Shown here in pieces: positions 23,201 to 38,200 of a stretch of 64,000 nucleotides of DNA. Below the pieces are notes generated by a model, which was not told the DNA's origin, did not search any database, and saw only the letters and a program-made list of their open reading frames with translations. The DNA lies in NCBI RefSeq assembly GCF_044704955.1, contig NW_027254532.1:124001-188000 (forward strand), written 5' to 3'. Position 1 is the stretch's first letter. Every line of letters begins with the position of its first letter. A program made the translations under genes and the position numbers. This stretch comes from Pristiophorus japonicus (lineage: Eukaryota).

Positions 23201-26200
23201 CCCAATACACACAGACTGTCGTGGGTCTGGAATGTACCCAATACACACAGACTGTAGTGGGTCTGTAATGTGCCCCATACACACAGACTGTAGTGTGTCT
23301 GGAATGTGCCCAATACACACAGACTGTAGTGGGTCTGGAATGTACCCAATACACACAAACTGCAGTGGGTCTGGAATGTACCCAATACACGCAGACTATA
23401 GTGGGTCTGGAATGTACCCAATACACGCAGACTATAGTGGGTCTGAAATGTACCCAATACACACAGACTGTAGTGGGTCTGGAATGTACCCAATACACAC
23501 AGACTGTAGTGGGTCTGGAATGTACCCAATACACACACAGACTGTAGTGTGTCTGGAATGTGTCCAACACACACAGACTGTAGTGTGTCTGGAATGTACC
23601 CAATACACACAGACTGTAGTGGGTCTGGAATGTACCCAATACACACAGACTGTAGTGGATCTGGAATGTACCCAATACACACAGACTGTAGTGGGTCTGG
23701 AATGAACCCAATACACACAGACTGTAGTGGGTCTGGAATGAACCCAGTACACACAGACTGTAGTGGATCTGGAATGTACCCAATACACACAGACTGTAGT
23801 GGGTCTGGAATGTACCCAATACACACAGACTGTCGTGGGTCTGCAATGTACCCAATACACACAGACTGTAGTGTGTCTGGAATGTGCCCAATACATACAG
23901 ACTGTCGTGGGTCTGCAATGTACCCAATACTCAGAGACTGTATTGGGTCTGGAATGTACCCAATACACACAGACTGTAGTGGATCTGGAATGTGCCCAAT
24001 ACACACAGACTGTCGTGGGTCTGGAATGTACCCAATACACACAGACTGTAGTGGATCTGGAATGTGCCCAATACACACAGACTGTCGTGGGTCTGCAATG
24101 TATCCAATACACACAGACTGTAGTGGGTCTGGAATGTACCCAATACACACAGACTGTAGTGGGTCTGGAATGTGCCCAATACACACAGACTGTAGTGTGT
24201 CTGGAATGTGCCCAATACACACAGACTGTAGTGGGTCTGGAATGTACCCAATACACACAGACTGTAGTGTGTCTGGAATGTGTCCAACACACACAGACTG
24301 TAGTGTGTCTGGAATGTACCCAATACACACAGGCGGTAGTGGGTCTGGAATGTACCCAATACACATAGAATGTAGTGGGTCTGGAATGTACCCAATACGC
24401 ACAGACTGTAGTGGGTCTGGAATGTACCCAATACACACAGGCGGTAGTGGGTCTGGAATGTACCCAATACACATAGAATGTAGTGGGTCTGGAATGTACC
24501 CAATACACACAGACTGTAGTGGGTCTGGAATTTACCCAATACACACAGACTGTACTGGGTCTGGAATGTACCCAATACACATAGAATGTAGTGGGTCTGG
24601 AATGTACCCAATACGCACAGACTGTAGTGGGTCTGGAATGTACCCAAGACACACAGAATGTAGTGGGTCTGGGATGTACCCAACACACACAGACTGTAGG
24701 GGGTCTGGAATGTACCCAATACACACAGACTGCAGTGTGTCTGGAATGTACCCAACACACACAGACTGTAGTGGGCCTGGAATGTGCCCAATAGACACAG
24801 ACTGTAGTGTGTCTGGAATGTGCCCAATACATACAGACTGCAGTGTGTCTGGAATGTGCTCAATACATACAGACTGTCGTGGGTCTGCAATGTACCCAAT
24901 ACACACAGACTGTAGTGGGTCTGGAATGTACCTAATACACACAGACTGTAGTGGGTCTGGAATGTGCCCAATACACACAGACTGGAGTGGGTCTGCAATG
25001 TACCCAATACACACAGACTGTAGTGGGTCTGGAATGTGCCCAATACATACAGACTGCAGTGGGTCTGGAATGTGCCCAATACACACAGACTGTAGTGTGT
25101 CTGGAATGTGCCCAATACACACAGACTGTAGTGGGTCTGGAATATACCCAATACACACAAACTGCAGTGGGTCTGGAATGTACCCAATACACACAGACTG
25201 TAGTGGGTCTGGAATGTACCCAATACACGCAGACTATAGTGGGTCTGAAATATACCCAATACACACAGACTGTAGTGGGTCTGGAATGTGTCCAACACAC
25301 ACAGACTGTAGTGTGTCTGGAATGTACCCAATACACACAGACTGTAGTGGGTCTGGAATGTACCCAATACACACAGACTGTAGTGGGTCTGGAATGTACC
25401 CAATACGCACAGACTGTAGTGTGTCGGGAATGTAGCCAATTCACACAGACTGTAGTGGGTCTGGAATGTACCCAATACACACAGACTGTAGTTGGTCTGG
25501 AATGTGCCCAATACACACAGACTGTAGAGGGTCTGGAATGTGCCCAATACATACAGACTGTCGTTGGTCTGGAATGTGCCCAATACACACAGACTGTAGT
25601 GGGTCTGGAATGTACCCAATACACACAGACTGTAGTGGGTCTGGAATGTACCCAATAAACACAGACTGTAGTGGATCTGGAATGTGCCCAATACACACAG
25701 ACTGTCGTGGGTCTGCAATGTACCCAATACACACAGACTGTAGTGGTTCTGGAATGTACCCAATACACACAGACTGTAGTGGGTCTGGAATGTACCCAAT
25801 ACACACAAACTGCAGTGGGTCTGGAATGTACCCAATACACACAGACTGTAGTGGGTCTGGAATGCACCCAATACACGCAGACTATAGTGGGTCTGGAATG
25901 TACCCAATACACGCAGACTATAGTGGGTCTGAAATGTACCCAATACCCACAGACTGTAGTGGGTCTGGAATGTGTCCAACACACACAGACTGTAGTGTGT
26001 CTGGAATGTACCCAATACACACAGACTGTAGTGGGTCTGGAATTTACCCAATACACACAGACTGTAGTGGGTCTGGAATGTACCCAATACGCACAGACTG
26101 TAGTGTGTCGGGAATGTACCCAATTCACACAGACTGTAGTGGGTCTGGAATGTACCCAATACACACAGACTGTAGTTGGTCTGGAATGTGCCCAATACAC

Positions 26201-29200
26201 ACAGACTGCAGAGGGTCTGGAATGTGCCCAATACATACAGACTGTCGTGGGTCTGGAATGTGCCCAATACACACAGACTGTAGTGGGTCTGGAATGTACC
26301 CAATACACACAGACTGTAGTGAGTCTGGAATGTATCCAATACACACAGACTGTAGTGGATCTGGAATGTGCCCAATACACACAGACTGTCGTGGGTCTGC
26401 AATGTACCCAATACACACAGACTGTAGTGGGTCTGGAATGTACCCAATACACACAGACTGTAGTGGGTCTGGAATGTACCCAATACACACAGACTGTAGT
26501 GGGTCTGGAATGTACCCAATACACACAGACTGTAGTGGGTCTGGAATGTACCCAATACACACACAGACTGTAGTGTGTCTGGAATGTGTCCAACACACAC
26601 AGACTGTAGTGTGTCTGGAATGTACCCAATACACACAGACTGCAGTGGGTCTGGAATGTACCCAATACACACAGACTGTAGTGGATCTGGAATGTACCCA
26701 ATACACACAGACTGTAGTGGGTCTGGAATGTACCCAATACACACAGACTGTAGTGGGTCTGGAATGAACCCAGTACACACAGACTGTAGTGGATCTGGAA
26801 TGTACCCAATACACACAGACTGTAGTGGGTCTGGAATGTACCCAATACACACAGACTGTCGTGGGTCTGCAATGTACCCAATACACACAGACTGTAGTGT
26901 GTCTGGAATGTGCCCAATACATACAGACTGTCGTGGGTCTGCAATGTACCCAATACTCACAGACTGTATTGGGTCTGGAATGTACCCAATACACACAGAC
27001 TGTAGTGGATCTGGAATGTGCCCAATACACACAGACTGTCGTGGGTCTGGAATGTACCCAATACACACAGACTGTAGTGGATCTGGAATGTGCCCAATAC
27101 ACACAGACTGTCGTGGGCCTGCAATGTATCCAATACACACAGACTGTAGTGGGTCTGGAATGTACCCAATACACACAGACTGTAGTGGGTCTGGAATGTG
27201 CCCAATACACACAGACTGTAGTGTGTCTGGAATGTGCCCAATACACACAGACTGTAGTGGGTCTGGAATGTACCCAATACACACAGACTGTAGTGTGTCT
27301 GGAATGTGTCCAACACTCACAGACTGTAGTGTGTCTGGAATGTACCCAATACACACAGACTGTAGTGGGTCTGGAATGTACCCAATACACACAGAATGTG
27401 GTGGGTCTGGAATGTACCCAATACGCACAGACTGTAGTGTGTCAGGAATGTACCCAATTCACACAGACTGTAGTGGGTCTGGAATGTACCCAATACACAC
27501 AGACTGTAGTTGGTCTGGAATGTGCCCAATACACACAGACTGCAGAGGGTCTGGAATGTGCCCAATACATACATACTGTCGTGGGTCTGGAATGTGCCCA
27601 ATACACACAGACTGTAGTGGGTCTGGAATGTACCCAATACACACAGACTGTAGTGGGTCTGGAATGTACCCAATACACACAGACTGTAGTGGATCTGGAA
27701 TGTGCCCAATACACACAGATTGTCGTGGGTCTGCAATGTACCCAATACACACAGACTGCAGTGGGTCTGGAATGTACCCAATACACACAGACTGTAGTGG
27801 GTCTGGAATGTACCCAATACACACAGACTGTAGTGGGTCTGGAATGTGCCCAATACACACAGACTGTAGTGTGTCTGGAATGTGCCCAATACACACAGAC
27901 TGTAGTGGGTCTGGAATGTACCCAATACACACAAACTGCAGTGGGTCTGGAATGTACCCAATACACAGAGACTGCAGTGGGTCTGGAATGTATCCAATAC
28001 ACGCAGACTATAGTGGGTCTGGAATGTACCCAATACACGCAGACTATAGTGGGTCTGAAATGTACCCAATACACACAGAATGTAGTGTGTCTAGAATGTA
28101 CCCAATACACACAGACTGTAGTGGGTCTGGAATGTACCCAATACACACAGACTGTAGTGGATCTGGAATGTACCCAATACACACAGACTGTAGTGGGTCT
28201 GGAATGTACCCAATACACACAGACTGTAGTGGGTCTGGAATGTACCCAATACACACAGACTGTAGTGGGTCTGGAATGTACCCAATAAACACAGACTGTC
28301 GTGGATCTGGAATGTGCCCAATACACACAGACTGTCGTGGGTCTGCAATGTACCCAATACACACAGACTGTAGTGGTTCTGGAATGTACCCAATACACAC
28401 AGACTGTAGTGGGTCTGGAATGTACCCAATACACACAAACTGCAGTGGGTCTGGAATGTACCCAATACACACAGACTGTAGTGGGTCTGGAATGCACCCA
28501 ATACACGCAGACTATAGTGGGTCTGGAATGTACCCAATACACGCAGACTATAGTGGGTCTGAAATGTACCCAATACCCACAGACTGTAGTGGGTCTGGAA
28601 TGTGTCCAACACACACAGACTGTAGTGGGTCTGGAATTTACCCAATACACACAGACTGTAGTGGGTCTGGAATGTACCCAATACGCACAGACTGTAGTGT
28701 GTCGGGAATGTACCCAATTCACACAGACTGTAGTGGGTCTGGAATGTACCCAATACACACAGACTGTAGTTGGTCTGGAATGTGCCCAATACACACAGAC
28801 TGCAGAGGGTCTGGAATGTGCCCAATACATACAGACTGTCGTGGGTCTGGAATGTGCCCAACACACACAGACTGTAGTGGGTCTGGAATGTACCCAATAC
28901 ACACAGACTGTAGTGGGTCTGGAATGTACCCAATACACACAGACTGTAGTGGATCTGGAATGTGCCCAATACACACAGACTGTCGTGGGTCTGCAATGTA
29001 CCCAATACACACAGACTGTAGTGGGTCTGGAATGTACCCAATACACACAGACTGTAGTGGTTCTGGAATGTACCCAATACACACAGACTGTAGTGGGTCT
29101 GTAATGTGCCCAATACACACAGACTGTAGTGTGTCTGGAATGTGCCCAATACACACAGACTGTAGTGGGTCTGGAATGTACCCAATACACACAAACTGCA

Positions 29201-32200
29201 GTGGGTCTGGAATGTACCCAATACACGCAGACTATAGTGGGTCTGGAATGTACCCAATACACGCAGACTATAGTGGGTCTGAAATGTACCCAATACACAC
29301 AGACTGTAGTGGTTCTGGAATGTACCCAATACACACAGACTGTAATGGGTCTGAAATGTACCCAATACACACAGACTGTAGTGGGTCTGGAATGTACCCA
29401 ATACACACACAGACTGTAGTGTGTCTGGAATGTGTCCAACACACACAGACTGTAGTGTGTCTGGAATGTACCCAATACACACAGACTGTAGTGGGTCTGG
29501 AATGTACCCAATACACACAGACTGTAGTGGATCTGGAATGTACCCAATACACACAGACTGTAGTGGGTCTGGAATGTACCCAATACACACAGACTGTAGT
29601 GGGTCTGGAATGAACCCAGTACACACAGACTGTAGTGGATCTGGAATGTACCCAATACACACAGACTGTAGTGGGTCTGGAATGTACCCAATACACACAG
29701 ACTGTCGTGGGTCTGCAATGTACCCAATACACACAGACTGTAGTGTGTCTGGAATGTGCCCAATACATACAGACTCTCGTGGGTCTGCAATGTACCCAAT
29801 ACTCACAGACTGTATTGGGTCTGGAATGTCGCAATACACACAGACTGCAGTGGATCTGGAATGTGCCCAATACACACAGACTGTCGTGGGTCTGGAATGT
29901 ACCCAATACACACAGACTGTAGTGGATCTGGAATGTGCCCAATACACACAGACTGTCGTGGGTCTGCAATGTATCCAATACACACAGACTGTAGTGGGTC
30001 TGGAATGTGCCCAATACACACAGACTGTAGTGTGTCTGGAATGTGCCCAATACACACAGACTGTAGTGGGTCTGGAATGTACACAATACACACAGACTGT
30101 AGTGTGTCTGGAATGTGTCCAACACACACAGACTGTAGTGTGTCTGGAATGTACCCAATACACACAGACTGTAGTGGGTCTGGAATGTACCCAATACACA
30201 CAGAATGTGGTGGGTCTGGCATGTACCCAATACGCACAGACTGTAGTGTGTCAGGAATGTACCCAATTCACACAGACTGTAGTGGGTCTGGAATGTACCC
30301 AATACACACAGACTGTAGTTGGTCTGGAATGTGCCCAATACACACAGACTGCAGAGGGTCTGGAATGTGCCCAATACATACATACTGTCGTGGGTCTGGA
30401 ATGTGCCCAATACACACAGACTGTAGTGGGTCTGGAATGTACTCAATACACACAGACTGTAGTGGGTCTGGAATGTACCCAATACACACAGACTGTAGTG
30501 GATCTGGAATGTGCCCAATACACACAGACTGTCGTGGGTCTGCAATGTACCCAATACACACAGACTGTAGTGGGTCTGGAATGTACCCAATACACACAGA
30601 CTGTAGTGGGTCTGGAATGTACCCAATACACACAGACTGTAGTGGGTCTGGAATGTGCCCAATACACACAGACTGTAGTGTGTCTGGAATGTGCCCAATA
30701 CACACAGACTGTAGTGGGTCTGGAATGTACCCAATACACACAAACTGCAGTGGGTCTGGAATGTACCCAATACACACAGACTGCAGTGGGTCTGGAATGT
30801 ATCCAATACACGCAGACTATAGTGGGTCTGGAATGTACCCAATACACGCAGACTATAGTGGGTCTGAAATGTACCCAATACACACAGAATGTAGTGTGTC
30901 TAGAATGTACCCAATACACACAGACTGTAGTGTGTCTGGAATGTACCCAATACACACAGACTGTAGTGGATCTGGAATGTACCCAATACACACAGACTGT
31001 AGTGGGTCTGGAATGTACCCAATACACACAGACTGTAGTGGGTCTGGAATGTACCCAGTACACACAGACTGTAGTGGATCTGGAATGTACCCAACACACA
31101 CAGATTGTAGTGGGTCTGGAATGTACCCAATACACACAGACTGTCGTGGGTCTGCAATGTACCCAATACATACAGACTGTAGTGTGTCTGGAATGTGCCC
31201 AATACATACAGACTGTCGTGGGTCTGCAATGTACCCAATACTCACAGACTGTAGTGGGTCTGGAATGTACCCAATACACACAGACTGTAGTGGATCTGGA
31301 ATGTACCCAATACACACAGACTGCAGTGGGTCTGGAATGTACCCAATACACACAGACTGTAGTGGATCTGGAATGTGCCCAATACACACAGACTGTCGTG
31401 GGTCTGCAATGTACCCAATACACACAGACTGTAGTGGGTCTGGAATGTACACAATACACACAGACTGTCGTGGGTCTGGAATGTACCCAATACACACAGA
31501 CTGTAGTGGGTCTGGGATGTGCCCAATACACACAGACTGTAGTGTGTCTGGAATGTGCCCAATACACACAGACTGTATTGGGTCTGGAATGTACCCAATA
31601 CACGCAGACTATAGTGGGTCTGAAATGTACCCAATACACACAGACTGTAGTGGGTCTGGAATGTACCCAATACACACAGACTGTAATGGGTCTGAAATGT
31701 ACCCAATACACATAGACTGTAGTGGGTCTGGAATGTACCCAATACACACACAGACTGTAGTGTGTCTGGAATGTGTCCAACACACACAGACTGTAGTGTG
31801 TCTGGAATGTACCCAATACACACAGACTGTAGTGGGTCTGGAATGTACCCAATACACACAGACTGTAGTGGATCTGGAATGTACCCAATACACACAGACT
31901 GTAGTGGGTCTGGAATGTACCCAATACACACAGACTGTAGTGGGTCTGGAATGAACCCAGTACACACAGACTGTAGTGGATCTGGAATGTACCCAATACA
32001 CACAGACTGTAGTTGGTCTGGAATGTCTACAATACACACAGACTGTAGTGGGTCTGGAATGTAACCAATACACACAGACTGTAGTGTGTCTGGAATGTAC
32101 CCAATACACACAGACTGTAATGGGTCTGGAATGTACCGAATACACACAGACTGTAGTGGGTCTGGAATGTACCCAAGACACACAGAATGTAGTGGGTCTG

Positions 32201-35200
32201 GAATGTACCCAATACACACAGACTGTAGTGGGTCTGGAATGTACCCAATACACACAGACTGTAGTGGGTCTGGAATATACCCAATACACACAGACTGTAG
32301 TGGGCCTGGAATGTACCCAATACACACAGACTGCAGTGGGTCTGGAATGTGCCCAACACACACAGACTGTAGTGGGTCTGGAATGTACCCAATACACACA
32401 GACTGTAGTGGGTCTGGAATGTACCCAATACACACAGACTGTAGTGGGTCTGCAATGTACCCAATACACACAGACTGTAGTGGGTCTGGAATGTACCCGA
32501 TTCACACAGACTGCAGTGGGTCTGGAATGTGCCCAATACACACAGACTGTTGTGGGTCTGGAATGTACCCAATACACACAGACTGTAGTGTGTCGGGAAT
32601 GTACCCAATACACACAGACTGTAGTGGGTCTGGAATGTACCCACTACGCACAGACTGTAGTGTGTCGGGAATGTACCCAATACACACAGACTGTAGTGGG
32701 TCTGGAATGTACCCAATACACACAGACTGTAGTTGGTCTGGAATGTGCCCAATAGACACAGACTGTAGTGTGTCTGGAATGTGCCCAATACATACAGACT
32801 GTCGTGGGTTTGCAATGTACCCAACACACACAGACTGTAGTGGGTCTGGAATGTACCCAATACACACAGACTGTAGTGGGTCTGGAATGTACCCAATACA
32901 CACAGACTGTAGTGGGTCTGGAATGTGCCCAATACACACAGACTGTAGTGTGTCTGGAATGTGCCCAATACACACAGACTGTAGTGGGTCTGGAATGTAC
33001 CCAATACACACAGACTGTAGTGGGTCTGGAATGTACCCAATACACGCAGACTATAGTGGGTCTGAAATGTACCCAATACACACAGACTGTAGTGGGTCTG
33101 GAATGTACCCAATACACACAGACTGTAGTGGGTCTGGAATGTACCCAATACACACAGACTGTAGTGGGTCTGGAATGTACCCAATACACACACAGACTGT
33201 AGTGTGTCTGGAATGTGTCCAACACACACAGACTGTAGTGTGTCTGGAATGTACCCAATACACACAGACTGTAGTGGGTCTGGAATGTACCCAGTACACA
33301 CAGAATGTCGTGGGTCTGGAATGTACCCAATACGCACAGACTGTAGTGTGTCGGGAATGTACCCAATTCACACAGACTGTAGTGGGTCTGGAATGTACCC
33401 AATACACACAGACTGTAGTTGGTCTGGAATGTGCCCAATACACACAGACTGTAGTGGGTCTGGAATGTGCCCAATACATACAGACTGTCGTGGGTCTGGA
33501 ATGTGCCCAATACACACAGACTGTAGTGGGTCTGGAATGTACCCAATACACAAAGACTGTAGTGGGTCTGGAATGTACCCAATACACACAGACTGTAGTG
33601 GATCTGGAATGTGCCCAATACACACAGACTGTCGTGGGTCTGCAATGTACCCAATACACACAGACTGTAGTGGGTCTGGAATGTACCCAATACACACAGA
33701 CTGTAGTGGGTCTGGAATGTACCCAATACACACAGACTGCAGTGGGTCTGGAATGTGCCCAATACACAGAGACTGTAGTGTGTCTGGAATGTGCCCAATA
33801 CACACAGACTGTAGTGGGTCTGGAATGTACCCAATACACACAAACTGCAGTGGGTCTGGAATGTACCCAATACACACAGACTGTAGTGGGTCTGGAATGT
33901 ACCCAATACACGCAGACTATAGTGGGTCTGGAATGTACCCAATACACGCAGACTATAGTGGGTCTGAAATGTACCCAATACACACAGACTGTAGTGGGTC
34001 TGGAATGTACCCAATACACGCAGATTATAGTGGGTCTGGAATGTACCCAATACACACAGACTGTAGAGGGTCTGAAATGTACCCAATACACACAGACTGT
34101 AGTGGGTCTGGAATGTACCCAATACACACAGACTGCAGTGGGTCTGGAATGTGCCCAATACACAGAGACTGTAGTGTGTCTGGAATGTGCCCAATACACA
34201 CAGACTGTAGTGGGTCTGGAATGTACCCAATACAGACAAACTGCAGTGGGTCCGGAATGTACCCAATACACACAGACTGTAGTGGGTCTGGAATGTACCC
34301 AATACACGCAGACTATAGTGGGTCTGGAATGTACCCAATACACGCAGACTATAGTGGGTCTGAAATGTACCCAATACACACAGACTGTAGTGAATCTGGA
34401 ATGTACCCAATACACACAGACTGTAGTGGGTCTGGAATGTACCCAGTACACACAGACTGCAGTGGGTCTGGAATGTACCCAATATACACAGACTTTAGTG
34501 GGTCTGGAATGTATACAATACACACAGACTGTCGTGGGTCTGCAATGTACCCAATACACACAGAGTGTAGTGGGTCTGGAATGTACCCAATACTCACAGA
34601 TTGTAGTGGGTCTGGAATGTACCCAATACACACAGACTGGAGTGGGTTTTGAATGTGCCCAATACACACAGACTGTAGTGTGTCTAGAATGTGCCCAATA
34701 CACACAGACTGTAGTGGGTCTGGAATGTGCCCAATACATACAGACTGTCGTGGGTCTGGAATGTGCCCAATACACACAGACTGTAGTGGGTCTGGAATGT
34801 ACCCAATACACACAGACTGTAGTGGGTCTGGAATGTACCCAATACACACAGACTGTAGTGGATCTGGAATGTGCCCAATACACACAGACTGTCGTGGGTC
34901 TGCAATGTACCCAATACACACAGACTGTAGTGGGTCTGGAATGTACCCAATACACACAGACTGTAGTGGGTCTGGAATGTACCCAATACACACAGACTGC
35001 AGTAGGTCTGGAATGTGCCCAATACACAGAGACTGTAGTGTGTCTGGAATGTGCCCAATACACGCAGACTGTAGTGGGTCTGGAATGTACCCAATACACA
35101 CAAACTGCAGTGGGTCTGGAATGTACCCAATACACACAGACTGTAGTGGGTCTGGAATGTACCCAATACACGCAGACTATAGTGGGTCTGGAATGTACCC

Positions 35201-38200
35201 AATACACGCAGACTATAGTGGGTCTGAAATGTACCCAATACACACAGACTGTAGTGGGTCTGGAATGTACCCAATACACACACAGACTGTAGTGGGTCTG
35301 TAATGTACCCAATACACACAGACTGTCGTGTGTCTAGAATTTATCCAATACACACAGACTTTAGTGGGTCTGGAATGTACCCAATAAACACAGACTGTAG
35401 TGGGTCTGGAATGTACCCAATACACACAGACTGTAGTGGGTCTGGAATGTACCCAATACACACAGACTGTAGTGGGTCTGGAATGTACCCAATACACACA
35501 GACTGCAGTGGTTCTGGAATGTACCCAATACACACACAGACTGTAGTGTGTCTGGAATGTGTCCAACACACACAGACTGTAGTGTGTCTGGAATGTACCC
35601 AATGCACACAGACTGTAGTGGGTCTGGAATGTACCCAATACACACAGAATGTAGTGGGTCTGGAATGTACCCAATACACACAGACTGTAGTGTGTCGGGA
35701 ATGTACCCAATTCACACAGACTGTAGTCGGTCTGGAATGTACCCGATACACACAGACTGTAGTGGGTCTGGAATGTGCCCAATACACACAGACTACAGTT
35801 GGTCTGGAATGTGCCCAATACACACAGAATGCAGTGGGTCTGGAACGTACCCAATACACACAGACTGTAGTGTGTCGGGAATGTACCCAATACACACAGA
35901 CTGTAGTGGGTCTGGAATTTACCCAATACACACAGACTGTAGTTGGTCTGGAATGTGCCCAATACACACAGACTGTAGTGTGTCTAGAATGTGCCCAATA
36001 CACACAGACTGTAGTGGGTCTGGAATGTGCCCAATACATACAGACTGTCGTGGGTCTGGAATGTGCCCAATACACACAGACTGTAGTGGGTCTGGAATGT
36101 ACCCAATACACGCAGACTATAGTGGGTCTGGAATGTACCCAATACACGCAGACTATAGTGGGTCTGAAATGTACCCAATACACACAGACTGTAGTGAATC
36201 TGGAATGTACCCAATACACACAGACTGTAGTGGGTCTGGAATGTACCCAGTACACACAGACTGCAGTGGGTCTGGAATGTACCCAATATACACAGACTTT
36301 AGTGGGTCTGGAATGTATACAATACACACAGACTGTCGTGGGTCTGCAATGTACCCAATACACACAGAGTGTAGTGGGTCTGGAATGTACCCAATACACA
36401 CAGATTGTAGTGGGTCTGGAATGTACCCAATACACACAGACTGGAGTGGGTCTGGAATGTGCCCAATACACACAGACTGTAGTGTGTCTAGAATGTGCCC
36501 AATACACACAGACTGTAGTGGGTCTGGAATGTGCCCAATACATACAGACTGTCGTGGGTCTGGAATGTGCCCAATACACACAGACTGTAGTGGGTCTGGA
36601 ATGTACCCAATACACACAGACTGTAGTGGGTCTGGAATGTACCCAATACACACAGACTGTAGTGGATCTGGAATGTGCCCAATACACACAGACTGTCGTG
36701 GGTCTGCAATGTACCCAATACACACAGACTGTAGTGGGTCTGGAATGTACCCAATACACGCAGACTATAGTGGGTCTGGAATGTACCCAATACACACAGA
36801 CTGCAGTGGGTCTGGAATGTGCCCAATACACAGAGACTGTAGTGTGTCTGGAATGTGCCCAATACACGCAGACTGTAGTGGGTCTGGAATGTACCCAATA
36901 CACACAAACTGCAGTGGGTCTGGAATGTACCCAATACACACAGACTGTAGTGGGTCTGGAATGTACCCAATACACGCAGACTATAGTGGGTCTGGAATGT
37001 ACCCAATACACGCAGACTATAGTGGGTCTGAAATGTACCCAATACACACAGACTGTAGTGGGTCTGGAATGTACCCAATACACGCAGATTATAGTGGGTC
37101 TGGAATGTACCCAATACACACAGACTGTAGAGGGTCTGAAATGTACCCAATACACACAGACTGTAGTGGGTCTGGAATGTACCCAATACACACACAGACT
37201 GTAGTGGGTCTGTAATGTACCCAATACACACAGACTGTCGTGTGTCTAGAATTTATCCAATACACACAGACTTTAGTGGGTCTGGAATGTACCCAATAAA
37301 AACAGACTGTAGTGGGTCTGGAATGTACCCAATACACACAGACTGTAGTGGGTCTGGAATGTACCCAATACACACAGACTGTAGTGGGTCTGGAATGTAC
37401 CCAATACACACAGACTGCAGTGGTTCTGGAATGTACCCAATACACACACAGACTGTAGTGTGTCTGGAATGTGTCCAACACACACAGACTGTAGTGTGTC
37501 TGGAATGTACCCAATGCACACAGACTGTAGTGGGTCTGGAATGTACCCAATACACACAGAATGTAGTGGGTCTGGAATGTACCCAATACGCACAGACTGT
37601 AGTGTGTCGGGAATGTACCCAATTCACACAGACTGTAGTCGGTCTGGAATGTACCCGATACACACAGACTGTAGTGGGTCTGGAATGTGCCCAATACACA
37701 CAGACTACAGTGGGTCTGGAATGTGCCCAATACACACAGAATGCAGTGGGTCTGGAACGTACCCAATACACACAGACTGTAGTGTGTCGGGAATGTACCC
37801 AATACACACAGACTGTAGTGGGTCTGGAATTTACCCAATACACACAGACTGTAGTTGGTCTGGAATGTGCCCAATACACACAGACTGTAGTGTGTCTGGA
37901 ATGTGCCCAATACATACAGACTGTCGTGGGTCTTCAATGTACACAATACACACAGACTGTAGTGGGTCTGGCATGTACCCAATACACACAGACTGTAGTG
38001 GGTCTGGAATGTGCCCAATACCCTCAGACTGTAGTTGGTCTGGAATGTACCCAATACACACAGACTGTAGTGGGTTTGGAATCTACCCAATACACACAGA
38101 CTGTAGTGGGTCTGGAATGTACACAATACACACAGACTGTAGTGGGTCTGGAATGTACCCAATACACGCAGACTGTCGTGGGTCTGGAATGTACCCAATA